Shown one piece after another: positions 9,542 through 18,846 of a DNA stretch of 64,000 bases. The stretch is from contig JAFUGG010000016.1 of assembly GCA_017469525.1 (NCBI GenBank), forward strand, positions 77 to 64,076, given 5' to 3'. The translations under genes and the position numbers were made by a program. The notes under the pieces were generated by a model that searched no databases, had not been told where the DNA came from, and saw nothing but the letters and a program-made list of their open reading frames with translations. This DNA comes from Bacteroidaceae bacterium (GTDB lineage Bacteria > Bacteroidota > Bacteroidia > Bacteroidales > Bacteroidaceae). Within the stretch, counting starts at the first letter, position 1; every line of letters starts with the position of its first letter.

Positions 9542-10936
9542 TTAGTGGGGGGCCACCATGCTGTAGACGACGTCCATGATTTTCTTGCCGATGGCGTCGG
9601 CGTCCTCCATTGTGCTGGCTTCGCTATAGACGCGGATGATGGGCTCCGTATTGCTCTTTCGGAGATGCACCCACTTGTCGGGGAAGTCTATTTTGACCCC
9701 ATCTATGTCGTTCACCTCTTCGTTTGCGTACATTTCCTTGACCTTGGCGAGTATAGCATCGACGTCCGTCTCGGGAGTCAGGTCGATGCGGTTCTTGGCG
9801 ATGAAGTATGGGGGATATGTGGCACGCAGTTGGCTGGCCGTCATCTGCCTTTTTGCGAGGTAGGTGAGGATGAGTGCGATGCCAACGAGAGCGTCGCGTC
9901 CGTAGTGAGCCGCCGGATAGATGACGCCGCCGTTGCCTTCTCCGCCGATGACGGCGCCCGTCTCCTTCATCTTCGTCACGACGTTGACTTCGCCCACGGC
10001 TGCAGCGTTGTACTCGCAGCCGTACTTGCGAGTGACGTCACGCAGGGCGCGGGTCGAGCTGAGATTGCTGACCGTGTTGCCCGGCGTATGCTGCAGGATG
10101 TAGTCGGCCACCGTGACGAGTGTGTACTCTTCGCCGTACATTGTGCCGTCTTCACAGAAGAGGGCGAGGCGGTCCACATCAGGGTCAACGACAAAAGCGA
10201 TGTCGTGCTGGCCCTTTTGCATCAGTGCTTTGATGTCGGCGAGGTTCTTCTCGAGCGGTTCCGGATTGTGCTGGAAGTCGCCGGTCGGTTCGGTGAAGAG
10301 GCCGGTGACGGTCTTCACGCCGAGCTGTTCGAGCAGTTTCGGCAGGATGACACCGCCGACGCTGTTGACGCTGTCGAAGGCTACGCGGAAGTTTGCCTTC
10401 TTGATGGCTTCCACGTCCACCAGGTCGAGTCCGAGCACGAGGTCGATGTGTTTCTGGTCGTAAGTATTGTCCTCGCGGTAAGAACCCATGTGGTCGACGT
10501 CAGCGTATTCGAAGTCTTCGGCTTCTGCGATGCGGAGCACCTCGTTGCCTTCCTCTTTGTTGAGGAACTCGCCCTTCTCGTTGAGAAGCTTCAAGGCGTT
10601 CCACATGCGTGGATTGTGGCTGGCTGTGATGATGATGCCGCCGCATGCTCCTTCCATGGTGACGGCAATCTCGGTGGTGGGTGTCGTGGCGAGTCCGATG
10701 TCAACCACGTCGAAGCCCATTCCCATGAGCGTGCCGCAGACCACGTTCTTCACCATGGGGCCGGAGATGCGGGCGTCTCTGCCGACCACTATCTTGTTGC
10801 TTCCGACCTTAGCCTGTCGGCGGATGAGGGTTGCGTAGGCAGATGTGAACTTCACGATGTCGAGGGGATTGAGCGTATCGCCCGTCCTTCCTCCGATGGT
10901 TCCTCTGATTCCAGAGATTGATTTGATGAGACTCAT
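9542..10936 (-). CDS. glmM: Phosphoglucosamine mutase (alpha-D-phosphohexomutase family)
   Basis: N-terminus MSLIKSISGIRGTIGG, active-site loop TASHNP and GGEGNGG. I chose the start at the second ATG (10936), which matches the usual Bacteroidota GlmM N-terminus. Confidence 0.8.
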   Translation of the reverse strand: MSLIKSISGIRGTIGGRTGDTLNPLDIVKFTSAYATLIRRQAKVGSNKIVVGRDARISGPMVKNVVCGTLMGMGFDVVDIGLATTPTTEIAVTMEGACGGIIITASHNPRMWNALKLLNEKGEFLNKEEGNEVLRIAEAEDFEYADVDHMGSYREDNTYDQKHIDLVLGLDLVDVEAIKKANFRVAFDSVNSVGGVILPKLLEQLGVKTVTGLFTEPTGDFQHNPEPLEKNLADIKALMQKGQHDIAFVVDPDVDRLALFCEDGTMYGEEYTLVTVADYILQHTPGNTVSNLSSTRALRDVTRKYGCEYNAAAVGEVNVVTKMKETGAVIGGEGNGGVIYPAAHYGRDALVGIALILTYLAKRQMTASQLRATYPPYFIAKNRIDLTPETDVDAILAKVKEMYANEEVNDIDGVKIDFPDKWVHLRKSNTEPIIRVYSEASTMEDADAIGKKIMDVVYSMVAPH

Positions 10937-10990
10937 GGTTATATACAATTTAATGATTTACGATTGCAAGATTGTTGCGATTTGAGAATC

Positions 10991-11986
10991 TTACTGTTTA
11001 TCCACCCTCTGCAAAGGAGAGACAGAGGGGGTTCCAACGTAAGGCCAGCCCTCTTTGTCCCATTGGATGCGGTCGATGAAGAGTGGCCGGCTGCCTTCTC
11101 TTCTGCTTCCCGCCACGTGGCAGTGGTAGAAGATGTATTCGTTTCCGTCCTTTGCCTGGAATATCTCTCCGCAGTGGCCGGGGCCGTAGAACTGGTCGCC
11201 CTCGTCGCTATGGAGCACTGTGGTGGCAAAGCCTTCCTTCATGAGGTGGCCTTCTTTGTCGACAAAGTCGTCGGTCAGTTTCTTTGCACGGCCCACTTTG
11301 AGCTGATAGGTGTGGTCGCCGAAGAAGCCGGAGCTGACGAAGAGGTACCAGTACTTGCCGTGGCGATGCAGGTAGGAGCCCTCGAAGACCTTCGAGCGAT
11401 TGGGGCATTCCTCAACTTTCAGGCCTGCCACGTGCTCGTACTTCGCTCCTTCCTTCAGGGAGAGCCCGTCCTTCTCGAGCTCCACGCGATGGATGCCACC
11501 CACGGAACCGAAGAAGAGCCACACTTTGCCCGTCTTCGGGTCGGTGACGACTTCGGGGTCTATGGTGTCGTGGATGCCTGTCTCTCGGCTGCTTGTGATG
11601 ATGCCGCGGAACTGAAACTGCCCCGGAGCATACTCCTGCAGGACGCCGATGTTGCTGTCCTCCGCACTGTTGTAGAGCGTCAGGTAGAGGTTTCGCTTGC
11701 CTGCGACGGTAGCCACGTCGGGAGCCCAGAAGCGTTGAGCGATGATTTGCATCTTGCCCCACGACTCGATGTCGATGGGAGCAATCTTCGACATCTCCCA
11801 ATGGAACAGGTCGTCCGAGACGAGGGAGCGCGTCGGGTTCGTGGCGAGGCAGTAGTAGCGGCCGTCATCGGCGAGCCAGACGGTCGGGTCCGGCCAGTTG
11901 CCTCGCCAGACGGGATTAGTGACCTCCTGCGTCATGGCTGAGCCCGTCCACAGAAATGCCAGCAAGAGAGAAAGCGTGCGAAACAT
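10991..11986 (-). CDS. Glycoside hydrolase family 43 (secreted)
   Basis: Signal peptide MFRTLSLLLAFLWTGSAMTQ followed by GH43-like motifs (WPDPTVW, RFWAPDV, GSYLHRHGKYWYLFVS). Confidence 0.8.
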   Translation of the reverse strand: MFRTLSLLLAFLWTGSAMTQEVTNPVWRGNWPDPTVWLADDGRYYCLATNPTRSLVSDDLFHWEMSKIAPIDIESWGKMQIIAQRFWAPDVATVAGKRNLYLTLYNSAEDSNIGVLQEYAPGQFQFRGIITSSRETGIHDTIDPEVVTDPKTGKVWLFFGSVGGIHRVELEKDGLSLKEGAKYEHVAGLKVEECPNRSKVFEGSYLHRHGKYWYLFVSSGFFGDHTYQLKVGRAKKLTDDFVDKEGHLMKEGFATTVLHSDEGDQFYGPGHCGEIFQAKDGNEYIFYHCHVAGSRREGSRPLFIDRIQWDKEGWPYVGTPSVSPLQRVDKQ

Positions 11987-12146
11987 GATTTGCTATACCT
12001 TATTATAATGTAATGGCGTACGTATACGTCTGTATATTTCCGCGCAAAGTTACGGTTTTTTTTCGACATCTGCAAGAAAACGTCCGAAAATAAGGCGAAG
12101 TTGGCCTGTCCAGCAGGGTTCGTCGCCATGGAAGGCAGTATGGTTT

Positions 12147-12216
12147 GTTTGCATCAACATGTAGATGCAATTGCATCTACATGTATGTGCAATTGCATCT
12201 ACATGTTGATGCAAAC
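12147..12216. repeat. 70-bp nested palindromic element (family member 1)
   Basis: GTTTGCATCAACATGTAGATGCAATTGC at the left is the exact reverse complement of the right end GCAATTGCATCTACATGTTGATGCAAAC. It contains a perfect 26-bp palindrome, CATGTAGATGCAATTGCATCTACATG. It sits in the divergent GH43/GH31 intergenic region. Confidence 0.85.
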
Positions 12217-12345
12217 TCCCCCCTGTGCTGAATGTGGTATTCCAAAGTGCCGGAACGAGCGTTTTATGTGCCTGAATGTATCATTTTATCACATTTCCTT
12301 TGCAGGTTTCGCAGGAAAAGTGTAATTTTGCAGGCAAAAGAAGCA

Positions 12346-14697
12346 ATGTCCATAACCATCATGAAGTACAAATCCAGGCTTTCATCGTTTTGTTTCCTCC
12401 TCGTCTCGTTGTTCTGCGCATCGCTCAGCGTCGCCGGTCAGGACGAGTTGAACCCAGTGGCAGACCCAGCGGCTGTCGTCACATCGGGCAATGCCCGCTT
12501 CACGGTCCTCACGTCGAAGATGATACGCATCCAGTACAGCCAGACCGCTCAATTCGAGGACCGCGCCACCTTCGCTATTGTGAACCGACGCCTGCCCGTG
12601 CCCGAGTTCACCACCGAAACGAGCGACGGCTACCTCTACATACGCACACAAGACCTCGAGCTCCGCTACAAGGAAGGCAGCGAATTCAAGGCTGCTGACA
12701 AGAAACCCGATAACCTGATGATAACCTTCCAGATGAACGGACGCACCGTCACGTGGTATCCCGGCAAGGACGACAAGCTGAATCTGCTGGGCACCTGCCG
12801 CACGCTCGACCAGGCATGGGGCGACAATAAGCGGGGCAACCTGGAGAAAGGACTCCTCTCGAGAGCCGGATGGAGCATCATAGACGAGAGCCCGGCCACG
12901 ACCAGAGGCGATGGCAGTACCACATACGCCTTCGAACCGAAGGAGGAAGGCATCACCTGGTGGGCAAACCCCGTGGACAAGGCAGCCATCGACTGGTATT
13001 TCCTCGGCTACGGACACGACTACAAGGGGTGCCTCGGCGATTTCATCAAGGTGGGCGGACGCGTGCCTCTGCCTCCCAAATACATCCTCGGCTACTGGTA
13101 CAGCCGCTATTGGGCGTACACGCAGGCCGAGTTCCAGCAGATAGTCCGCGATGTGGAAAACAACGACATCCCGATGGATGTGCTCATCATGGACATGGAC
13201 TGGCACAAGAGCGGCTGGACAGGCTGGAGCTGGAACACCAGTCGCATCCCCAATCCCAAGTCGCTCATTAACTACATGCATAATCATGGACTCAGGACAG
13301 CCCTCAACCTCCATCCCTCCGACGGCGTGGGAACCCATGAGGACTACTACACGGCGATGGCCAGCGACCTGGGCGACACCTCCGGCGGAACCATTCTCTG
13401 GAAGGTGGAGGACTACGATTTCATGCAAGCTTTCTTCAAGGACATCATCCGACCCCATGAGCAGGAAGGCGTCGACTTCTGGTGGCTCGACTGGCAGCAG
13501 GCACTCACCGTAGGCAAGCACGGACAGGAGAAGAACTACACGCCCGCCGAAGGCTCCGAAACCTTGGGCGAGACCTTCTGGTGCAACCATACGTTCTTCG
13601 AGGACATGCAGAAGAACCGTCCCGACCTCCGTCCCGTCATCTATCACCGATGGGGAGGCCTCGGCTCGCATCGCTACCCCATCTGTTTCTCCGGAGACGC
13701 ATGGGCCGCATGGTCGATGCTTGGGTATGAAATCTTCTTCACAAGCAATGCCAGCAACGTCCTCTATGCCTATTGGGGACACGACCTCGGCGGTCATCAG
13801 GGCGGCAACAACGACCCGGAACTCCTGCTCCGCTGGCTTCAGTTCGGTGCCTATACACCCATCTTCCGCACACACGCCACCAATGACAGTAAGTTGGAAC
13901 GCCGCATCTGGAAGTACAGCAACTTCCAACAGCTCAGGGAGGCAGTCCGTCTGCGCTATCAGTTATTCCCCTATATCTATACAGCCGCAAGGCAGACCTA
14001 CGACACAGGCATCGGCATGAACCGACCCCTCTATTATGATTATCCCGAAGAGAGCAATGCCTACACCTATGAAGACGAATATATGTTCGGCGACGACATG
14101 CTCGTTGCCCCCATCTACACGCCCTCGCAGAACGGCTACAGCGGCCGCATGATATGGTTCCCCGTCGGGAAATGGTGGGACGTCACAAGGTCGCGGCTCG
14201 TCAGCGGCAACCAAGCCTACTACAGCACCTACACCCTCGACGACTTCCCCGTCTTCTATCGTGCCGGAAGCATTATTCCCTTCTATCCCGTCCGCCGTAC
14301 TGTCGTGAACGACCCGGGCGAGATTATCCTCAAGGTTGTGCCTGGTGCAAGCGGCACAGGCAAGATGTATGAAGACCGGGGCGAAGGGCAGGAATACAAG
14401 ACAGATGCCTGGACGATGACAAACTTCGTGCAGAACCGCTCGGAGAATAACGTCTCTCTGACCATCGGCCGACGCAATGGCAGCTTCGAAGGAATGCCGA
14501 CAGAAAGGAAATGGACCGTTCAGTTCCTCGGCACGCCAGCCTCCTTCATCCGCGAAGGCATAACAGTCAATGGCAATCCTGTCCCTGATGCAGACGTCGC
14601 ATACGACGAGGAGACTAAGACGCTCACCATAACCGTCAGCACGAACAACCTTTCTGCTCCCATCACCATCAACGTTCCGCTAAGCGAAATGGCATAA
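12346..14697 (+). CDS. Glycoside hydrolase family 31 (alpha-xylosidase/alpha-glucosidase-like), secreted
   Basis: Signal peptide MSITIMKYKSRLSSFCFLLVSLFCASLSVAGQ. GH31-like catalytic-region motifs are present (DVLIMDMDWH, VDFWWLDWQQ, FSGD, WLQFGAYTPIFRTH). The start at 12346 is chosen to give the signal peptide. Confidence 0.8.
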   Translation: MSITIMKYKSRLSSFCFLLVSLFCASLSVAGQDELNPVADPAAVVTSGNARFTVLTSKMIRIQYSQTAQFEDRATFAIVNRRLPVPEFTTETSDGYLYIRTQDLELRYKEGSEFKAADKKPDNLMITFQMNGRTVTWYPGKDDKLNLLGTCRTLDQAWGDNKRGNLEKGLLSRAGWSIIDESPATTRGDGSTTYAFEPKEEGITWWANPVDKAAIDWYFLGYGHDYKGCLGDFIKVGGRVPLPPKYILGYWYSRYWAYTQAEFQQIVRDVENNDIPMDVLIMDMDWHKSGWTGWSWNTSRIPNPKSLINYMHNHGLRTALNLHPSDGVGTHEDYYTAMASDLGDTSGGTILWKVEDYDFMQAFFKDIIRPHEQEGVDFWWLDWQQALTVGKHGQEKNYTPAEGSETLGETFWCNHTFFEDMQKNRPDLRPVIYHRWGGLGSHRYPICFSGDAWAAWSMLGYEIFFTSNASNVLYAYWGHDLGGHQGGNNDPELLLRWLQFGAYTPIFRTHATNDSKLERRIWKYSNFQQLREAVRLRYQLFPYIYTAARQTYDTGIGMNRPLYYDYPEESNAYTYEDEYMFGDDMLVAPIYTPSQNGYSGRMIWFPVGKWWDVTRSRLVSGNQAYYSTYTLDDFPVFYRAGSIIPFYPVRRTVVNDPGEIILKVVPGASGTGKMYEDRGEGQEYKTDAWTMTNFVQNRSENNVSLTIGRRNGSFEGMPTERKWTVQFLGTPASFIREGITVNGNPVPDADVAYDEETKTLTITVSTNNLSAPITINVPLSEMA

Positions 14698-14773
14698 GAA
14701 AGGTTGAAAAGGTAAAGAAATAAAAAGTTAAAGAGATTATACAGTTATGTTATAACCATAAACGGAAATTCAC

Positions 14774-15727
14774 ATGAAAACATATTCTACATTGTTATAT
14801 TATTTAGTGTTTTACCTTTTCACCTTTTTACCTTCTCACCCTTTAATGGCCCAGACTCGTCTCTACATACGAGGCTCTGCAGTGCCCGGCGGCGTACAGC
14901 AGCTGACACGCTTCTCGACAAATGTGACCGGCAAATATTCCTTCAAGTTCCACGGCAAGCTGCTCCCTGGCGACCTTTATATCACAACGACCGACACCCC
15001 AAGGTCCTCCTCCCGCTACTACGCACCGAAGCTTGTCGACACAAACATCGTGACTGACCAGGCAGATTATGTCTCCAAGACAGACAGTACAGGAGCCGAG
15101 TGGACAGTCCTCTTCGAAGCAGACAACTACCGCTTCACCGTTGATGTCACAAGCAAGCAGGTTACGGGCGAACTCTTTGCCCGATGGTACGAAGCATGGA
15201 TATGCGGCGGCTGCGTCGAGGACGAGCAAGGCAAAGGCATCTCTGGGCAGGAAGGCCATTGGCAGATAACAGCCGGCAAGCAAATGGAACAAAGCCAAAG
15301 CAACCCCAACGTCTTCGAATGGATAGGACTCTTGAAAGCTTATACCTACAACGATGAACCCAAGCGCTTCAAGATTAATGGACAGTACGGCTGGAGCCCC
15401 AAAGTGCTTCACCCCTTCACACAGGATGCATCCATCCTCACGGCAAAGCAAGTGTGGTACAATGGCTCGCAGGACTACAAATGGGCCATCAGCAAGGATG
15501 GCTACTACCGCATCAAGATTAATGTCTTCGAGGAAACCATCGAAGCCGAATATCTTGGGACGGAAGAGAACCCCGATGGCATCGATTCTGTGAATGAAGA
15601 ATTAAGAGTGAAGGATGAAGAATTTATACTTTCTGGCTGGTACACTCTCGACGGGCGCCGCCTCGACGGCCGTCCTGCACAGAAGGGAATCTATGTCTCC
15701 GACGGCAAGAAGGTAGTGATTCGCTGA
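14774..15727 (+). CDS. Secreted protein with T9SS C-terminal sorting domain (possible glycan-binding protein)
   Basis: Signal peptide ending PLMAQ. The C-terminus WYTLDGRRLDGRPAQKGIYVSDGKKVVIR is typical of a T9SS sorting domain. The function of the body cannot be read from the sequence. Confidence 0.6.
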   Translation: MKTYSTLLYYLVFYLFTFLPSHPLMAQTRLYIRGSAVPGGVQQLTRFSTNVTGKYSFKFHGKLLPGDLYITTTDTPRSSSRYYAPKLVDTNIVTDQADYVSKTDSTGAEWTVLFEADNYRFTVDVTSKQVTGELFARWYEAWICGGCVEDEQGKGISGQEGHWQITAGKQMEQSQSNPNVFEWIGLLKAYTYNDEPKRFKINGQYGWSPKVLHPFTQDASILTAKQVWYNGSQDYKWAISKDGYYRIKINVFEETIEAEYLGTEENPDGIDSVNEELRVKDEEFILSGWYTLDGRRLDGRPAQKGIYVSDGKKVVIR

Positions 15728-15735
15728 GGAAACCC

Positions 15736-17541
15736 TCACTTCACCCTCTTCCCGTCGATGGAATAGGTTTCATTATTCTTTATGATGTAGAGGTGCCCAG
15801 CTAGGATGACCTTGCGTGTATCAACCTTTTGTTTGTCCGATGCCAAGTCTGTTATTCTGTCGGGGTCGAACGAGAAGTATTCGTCAAGGAGAAGAATACG
15901 TTCTTTTATCCAATTTTCAATTCTTTCTTGACTATCGACCTGTCCTATCTGTTTATAGGGTCGTACTCCTTTTGTGGTGCCAGTCGCAGTCCAAATACGA
16001 TATGCGACCTTGCACCTGTCACCGGTGTGATAGGTTGAGTCTGGCGAGTAGGTCGGATAACTGCCATAGTTCTCCCAGTTGTCTTCTGTTTCCCAATTAG
16101 GATTTACAACTGTTTCGATGAAACATGGACTGTTCCCCCATTTCGTGTGTTCCATCTCATATCCCTCCTCCCCAATCCTTTCTGCCCAGTTCCTAAAGTA
16201 CTGAGAGTACCTGTCTCCGTCAATAAGTTTTTTTACTCGCAATTCAATGTAACGGTTCTTAATGTTTTCGAAGAAATACTCTAAGAAAAGTTTTTGTATG
16301 CCTGCATTTACGGGGAACTGGTAGAAATGGCTGCAATAGAGAGAGTTCCATTCAGGAGGGAAAATAATAGTGCCAGAGTCATGATGCCCGAATGTACAAT
16401 CCAAGTCATATGGCTCGACGTACCATTTGACACCATCATAAGTGAACCATTGCCAGTTCTTCCAATGGCCATCGTAGTTGTTGGTAACCAGCGAATGCAC
16501 AATGTAGTCAGTAAAACCTTGGGTGTCAAAACAATTAGAGAATTCTGTCTTAATAGTTTCAGGGACAGATCCTGCAGAAACCAGTTTCATCAAGTTTGCA
16601 TAATAATTGCTGAGGGCAATTAAGGATTTCTTAACCTGATTTGTGATGAGGTGGTTTTCGTTATTAGGGTCAAAATAAGGCATGGAGTTGTCAATGAGCT
16701 CTAAGGGGGCATCACCATCATAGACTTTGTATTGTGGAGTGTAATTACCAGGCAGTTGTTCTTCTGTTGCAATGCTGTATAATATTTTTGGTGTTCTTAC
16801 ATCAAATTTGCTCCAGTCGATGTTTCCCTTAAAGATTGTGTTGTCTGCCAATAAGCCATCAATATGAATATGTTGTGCATTATCCTTTTCTTGTCCCATG
16901 TTTTTGTGGTTCTTTTTTAGTGACCACACATACAATCCATAAAACTGGCAATTAAGATAGACATAGCATGGAAACCCGTTGGGGTGGCACATTGCTTTAT
17001 CGGAAGCTGTGGTAACTCCAGCCCGCTGCCAGGGTAGGGGCTGTTCTCTGTCAGAGACGATGTCATCATAGATGTCGTATGCGATTTTCCCTGCTCCGCG
17101 GAAATAATCCGTGTAATAGGCTTTCAGATGGAACTCATCCTGTTTAACCCAATCCCCCCATGTGATGTCTGTTGTTTTACCATTTCCCCACGAGGTTTCA
17201 TAAAACTCGATAGAGATATTTTTCTTTGGATAGGCTAATGAAGAGTTCCCCTGAGCATTCAGTATTACACGCTTCTTGAAATAATTTCCATTGCCGTCAT
17301 AACATTCCAGCCAAGCATGCAAGTTCTGTGTCTTGCTGGTTGGCATTTTGTCTATTCCTGTGATGTTTACATATGCACAATATGGTTCGGCAAGTTCTAT
17401 TTTTTGCTTTCCGGACAGGTCTCTTGCTGTTGTCGCCTCATACCCATATTTGTCTAGGATGTATTGGTAAGTGTTGTCGGCAAGCAAAGGAGCAGACTGA
17501 TACACAAGCGCTAAAAGCAATGTCGTATATATCTTTTTCAT
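15736..17541 (-). CDS. CotH kinase-family protein with T9SS C-terminal sorting domain
   Basis: 601-aa ORF with a signal peptide (MKKIYTTLLLALVYQSAPLLA). It has CotH-like motifs (KKNISIEFY, YVEPYDLDCTFGHH) and the tail GHLYIIKNNETYSIDGKRVK. It is visibly AT-richer than its neighbours. Confidence 0.75.
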   Translation of the reverse strand: MKKIYTTLLLALVYQSAPLLADNTYQYILDKYGYEATTARDLSGKQKIELAEPYCAYVNITGIDKMPTSKTQNLHAWLECYDGNGNYFKKRVILNAQGNSSLAYPKKNISIEFYETSWGNGKTTDITWGDWVKQDEFHLKAYYTDYFRGAGKIAYDIYDDIVSDREQPLPWQRAGVTTASDKAMCHPNGFPCYVYLNCQFYGLYVWSLKKNHKNMGQEKDNAQHIHIDGLLADNTIFKGNIDWSKFDVRTPKILYSIATEEQLPGNYTPQYKVYDGDAPLELIDNSMPYFDPNNENHLITNQVKKSLIALSNYYANLMKLVSAGSVPETIKTEFSNCFDTQGFTDYIVHSLVTNNYDGHWKNWQWFTYDGVKWYVEPYDLDCTFGHHDSGTIIFPPEWNSLYCSHFYQFPVNAGIQKLFLEYFFENIKNRYIELRVKKLIDGDRYSQYFRNWAERIGEEGYEMEHTKWGNSPCFIETVVNPNWETEDNWENYGSYPTYSPDSTYHTGDRCKVAYRIWTATGTTKGVRPYKQIGQVDSQERIENWIKERILLLDEYFSFDPDRITDLASDKQKVDTRKVILAGHLYIIKNNETYSIDGKRVK

Positions 17542-17968
17542 AAGTTCTGTATGATATAATCATGTTACAAAGATAAACATATTTCCACACTTTACCTCCC
17601 TCCTTGTGTTAAAATATATTAAAAAGGGCCGATATTGTAAAGAAATTTCCGGGATGCATGCGATTTAAGCGCGTTTTTTTACCTTTCCGGCACTTTTGTC
17701 CACTCGAGCCAAGAAAATGGCTTAAATCGAATTGCCGCTGATAGTCAGTGTGTTACAAATGCGATTTTTGCCCATCTCCTGCGAGAAAACAACGACGATG
17801 CGTGGTTTGGGGTAGGAAAAAGGTGTTTTGGGTTGCAAAATCGCTGTAGAGAATTTGCCAAGGAACTATAGGGGATTTACCAAGGCAATACAATACTTTG
17901 GCGAAATCACTATAGTACCTTGGCTGGTGCTTTATTCTTCGTCGGTCAATCCGCTGTGGTTTGTCGGT

Positions 17969-17992
17969 AAAAAAATGTAAAGATTTTTTACA
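17969..17992 (-). terminator. Candidate intrinsic terminator of the exopolysaccharide operon
   Basis: The minus strand reads TGTAAA-AAATC-TTTACA followed by T7, 12 nt after the stop codon of the last GT2 gene. The stem is AT-rich and only 6 bp. Confidence 0.4.
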
Positions 17993-18003
17993 GGAGAAGG
18001 CTT

Positions 18004-18846
18004 CTATCCGTGGCGGGCAAATATGCGCCTGAGCTTGCTGTCGTAGATGAAAGATACCAGGGATGCTGGCATGAGACGGAAGCACATGCGCATGAAGGAA
18101 TAGATGTACTTGTAGCTGAACCTGCCGTAAAGTCTGCTTATGCCGTCGTTATATGCAAGAAATTCGCTCCAGGCTTTCTCGCGAGACCTCCGTTGCAAGA
18201 CAGAGGGATTGCGCCGGAATTCCAGCAAGACATCCTGCAGGCTGTTTATCACCCGCCCGCCTGCAGCTGCGTCGTACCACATCGTCACATCCTCGCAGAT
18301 ATGATATTTGCTGCTGTATCTGTAGCCAGCCTCGAAGAAGGACGAGCGATACATCACCGTAGGATGGGCCAGGGGCGATGCCTTGTACATCGTGCATAGT
18401 ACTTCCTGCATCGTGGCAGGGTAACGCTGGATGGCCGAGAGAGTGCCCTCGTCGTTGAACTCACGTATGGACCCTCCCAGTATGTCCACCTCGGGGTGCT
18501 CGTCCATGTATTGCTCCTGAAGCAAGAATCTATCGGGGAGGCTGATGTCATCGCTGTCCATGCGAGCGACGAGGTCGCCGTGAGCCGCACCGATGGCATC
18601 GTTCAGGGCTGCTGCCAGACCTCCATTCACAGGTTTCTCTATGACGGCGAGCTTGCTGCCCAGTTTCTTTTCCCATGTCTCTATCACGTCATAGAGTTCC
18701 TTCGTCAATGGTCCGTCCTCCACCAGGACAATCTCGTCGGGCTTACGCTTCTGGTCGTCCCAGATGCTTTTCAGTGCCCTGTCGAGATACGCCGGCTTCT
18801 CGCACTTGTATGTGGATATGATGACAGAGATGTAATGTTCTTTCAT
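18004..18846 (-). CDS. Glycosyltransferase family 2
   Basis: MKEHYISVIISTYKCEKPAYLDRALKSIW followed by VLVEDGP and DSDD (DxD). The ATG at 18846 overlaps the upstream stop by 4 nt (ATGA), which suggests translational coupling. Confidence 0.8.
   Translation of the reverse strand: MKEHYISVIISTYKCEKPAYLDRALKSIWDDQKRKPDEIVLVEDGPLTKELYDVIETWEKKLGSKLAVIEKPVNGGLAAALNDAIGAAHGDLVARMDSDDISLPDRFLLQEQYMDEHPEVDILGGSIREFNDEGTLSAIQRYPATMQEVLCTMYKASPLAHPTVMYRSSFFEAGYRYSSKYHICEDVTMWYDAAAGGRVINSLQDVLLEFRRNPSVLQRRSREKAWSEFLAYNDGISRLYGRFSYKYIYSFMRMCFRLMPASLVSFIYDSKLRRIFARHG

Noticed and set aside
17753-18085. 110-aa minus-strand ORF in the intergenic region after the EPS operon.
   Set aside because: It overlaps the 3' end of the GT2 gene, and it covers the inverted-repeat-rich non-coding stretch and the candidate terminator. 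No motif is recognisable.
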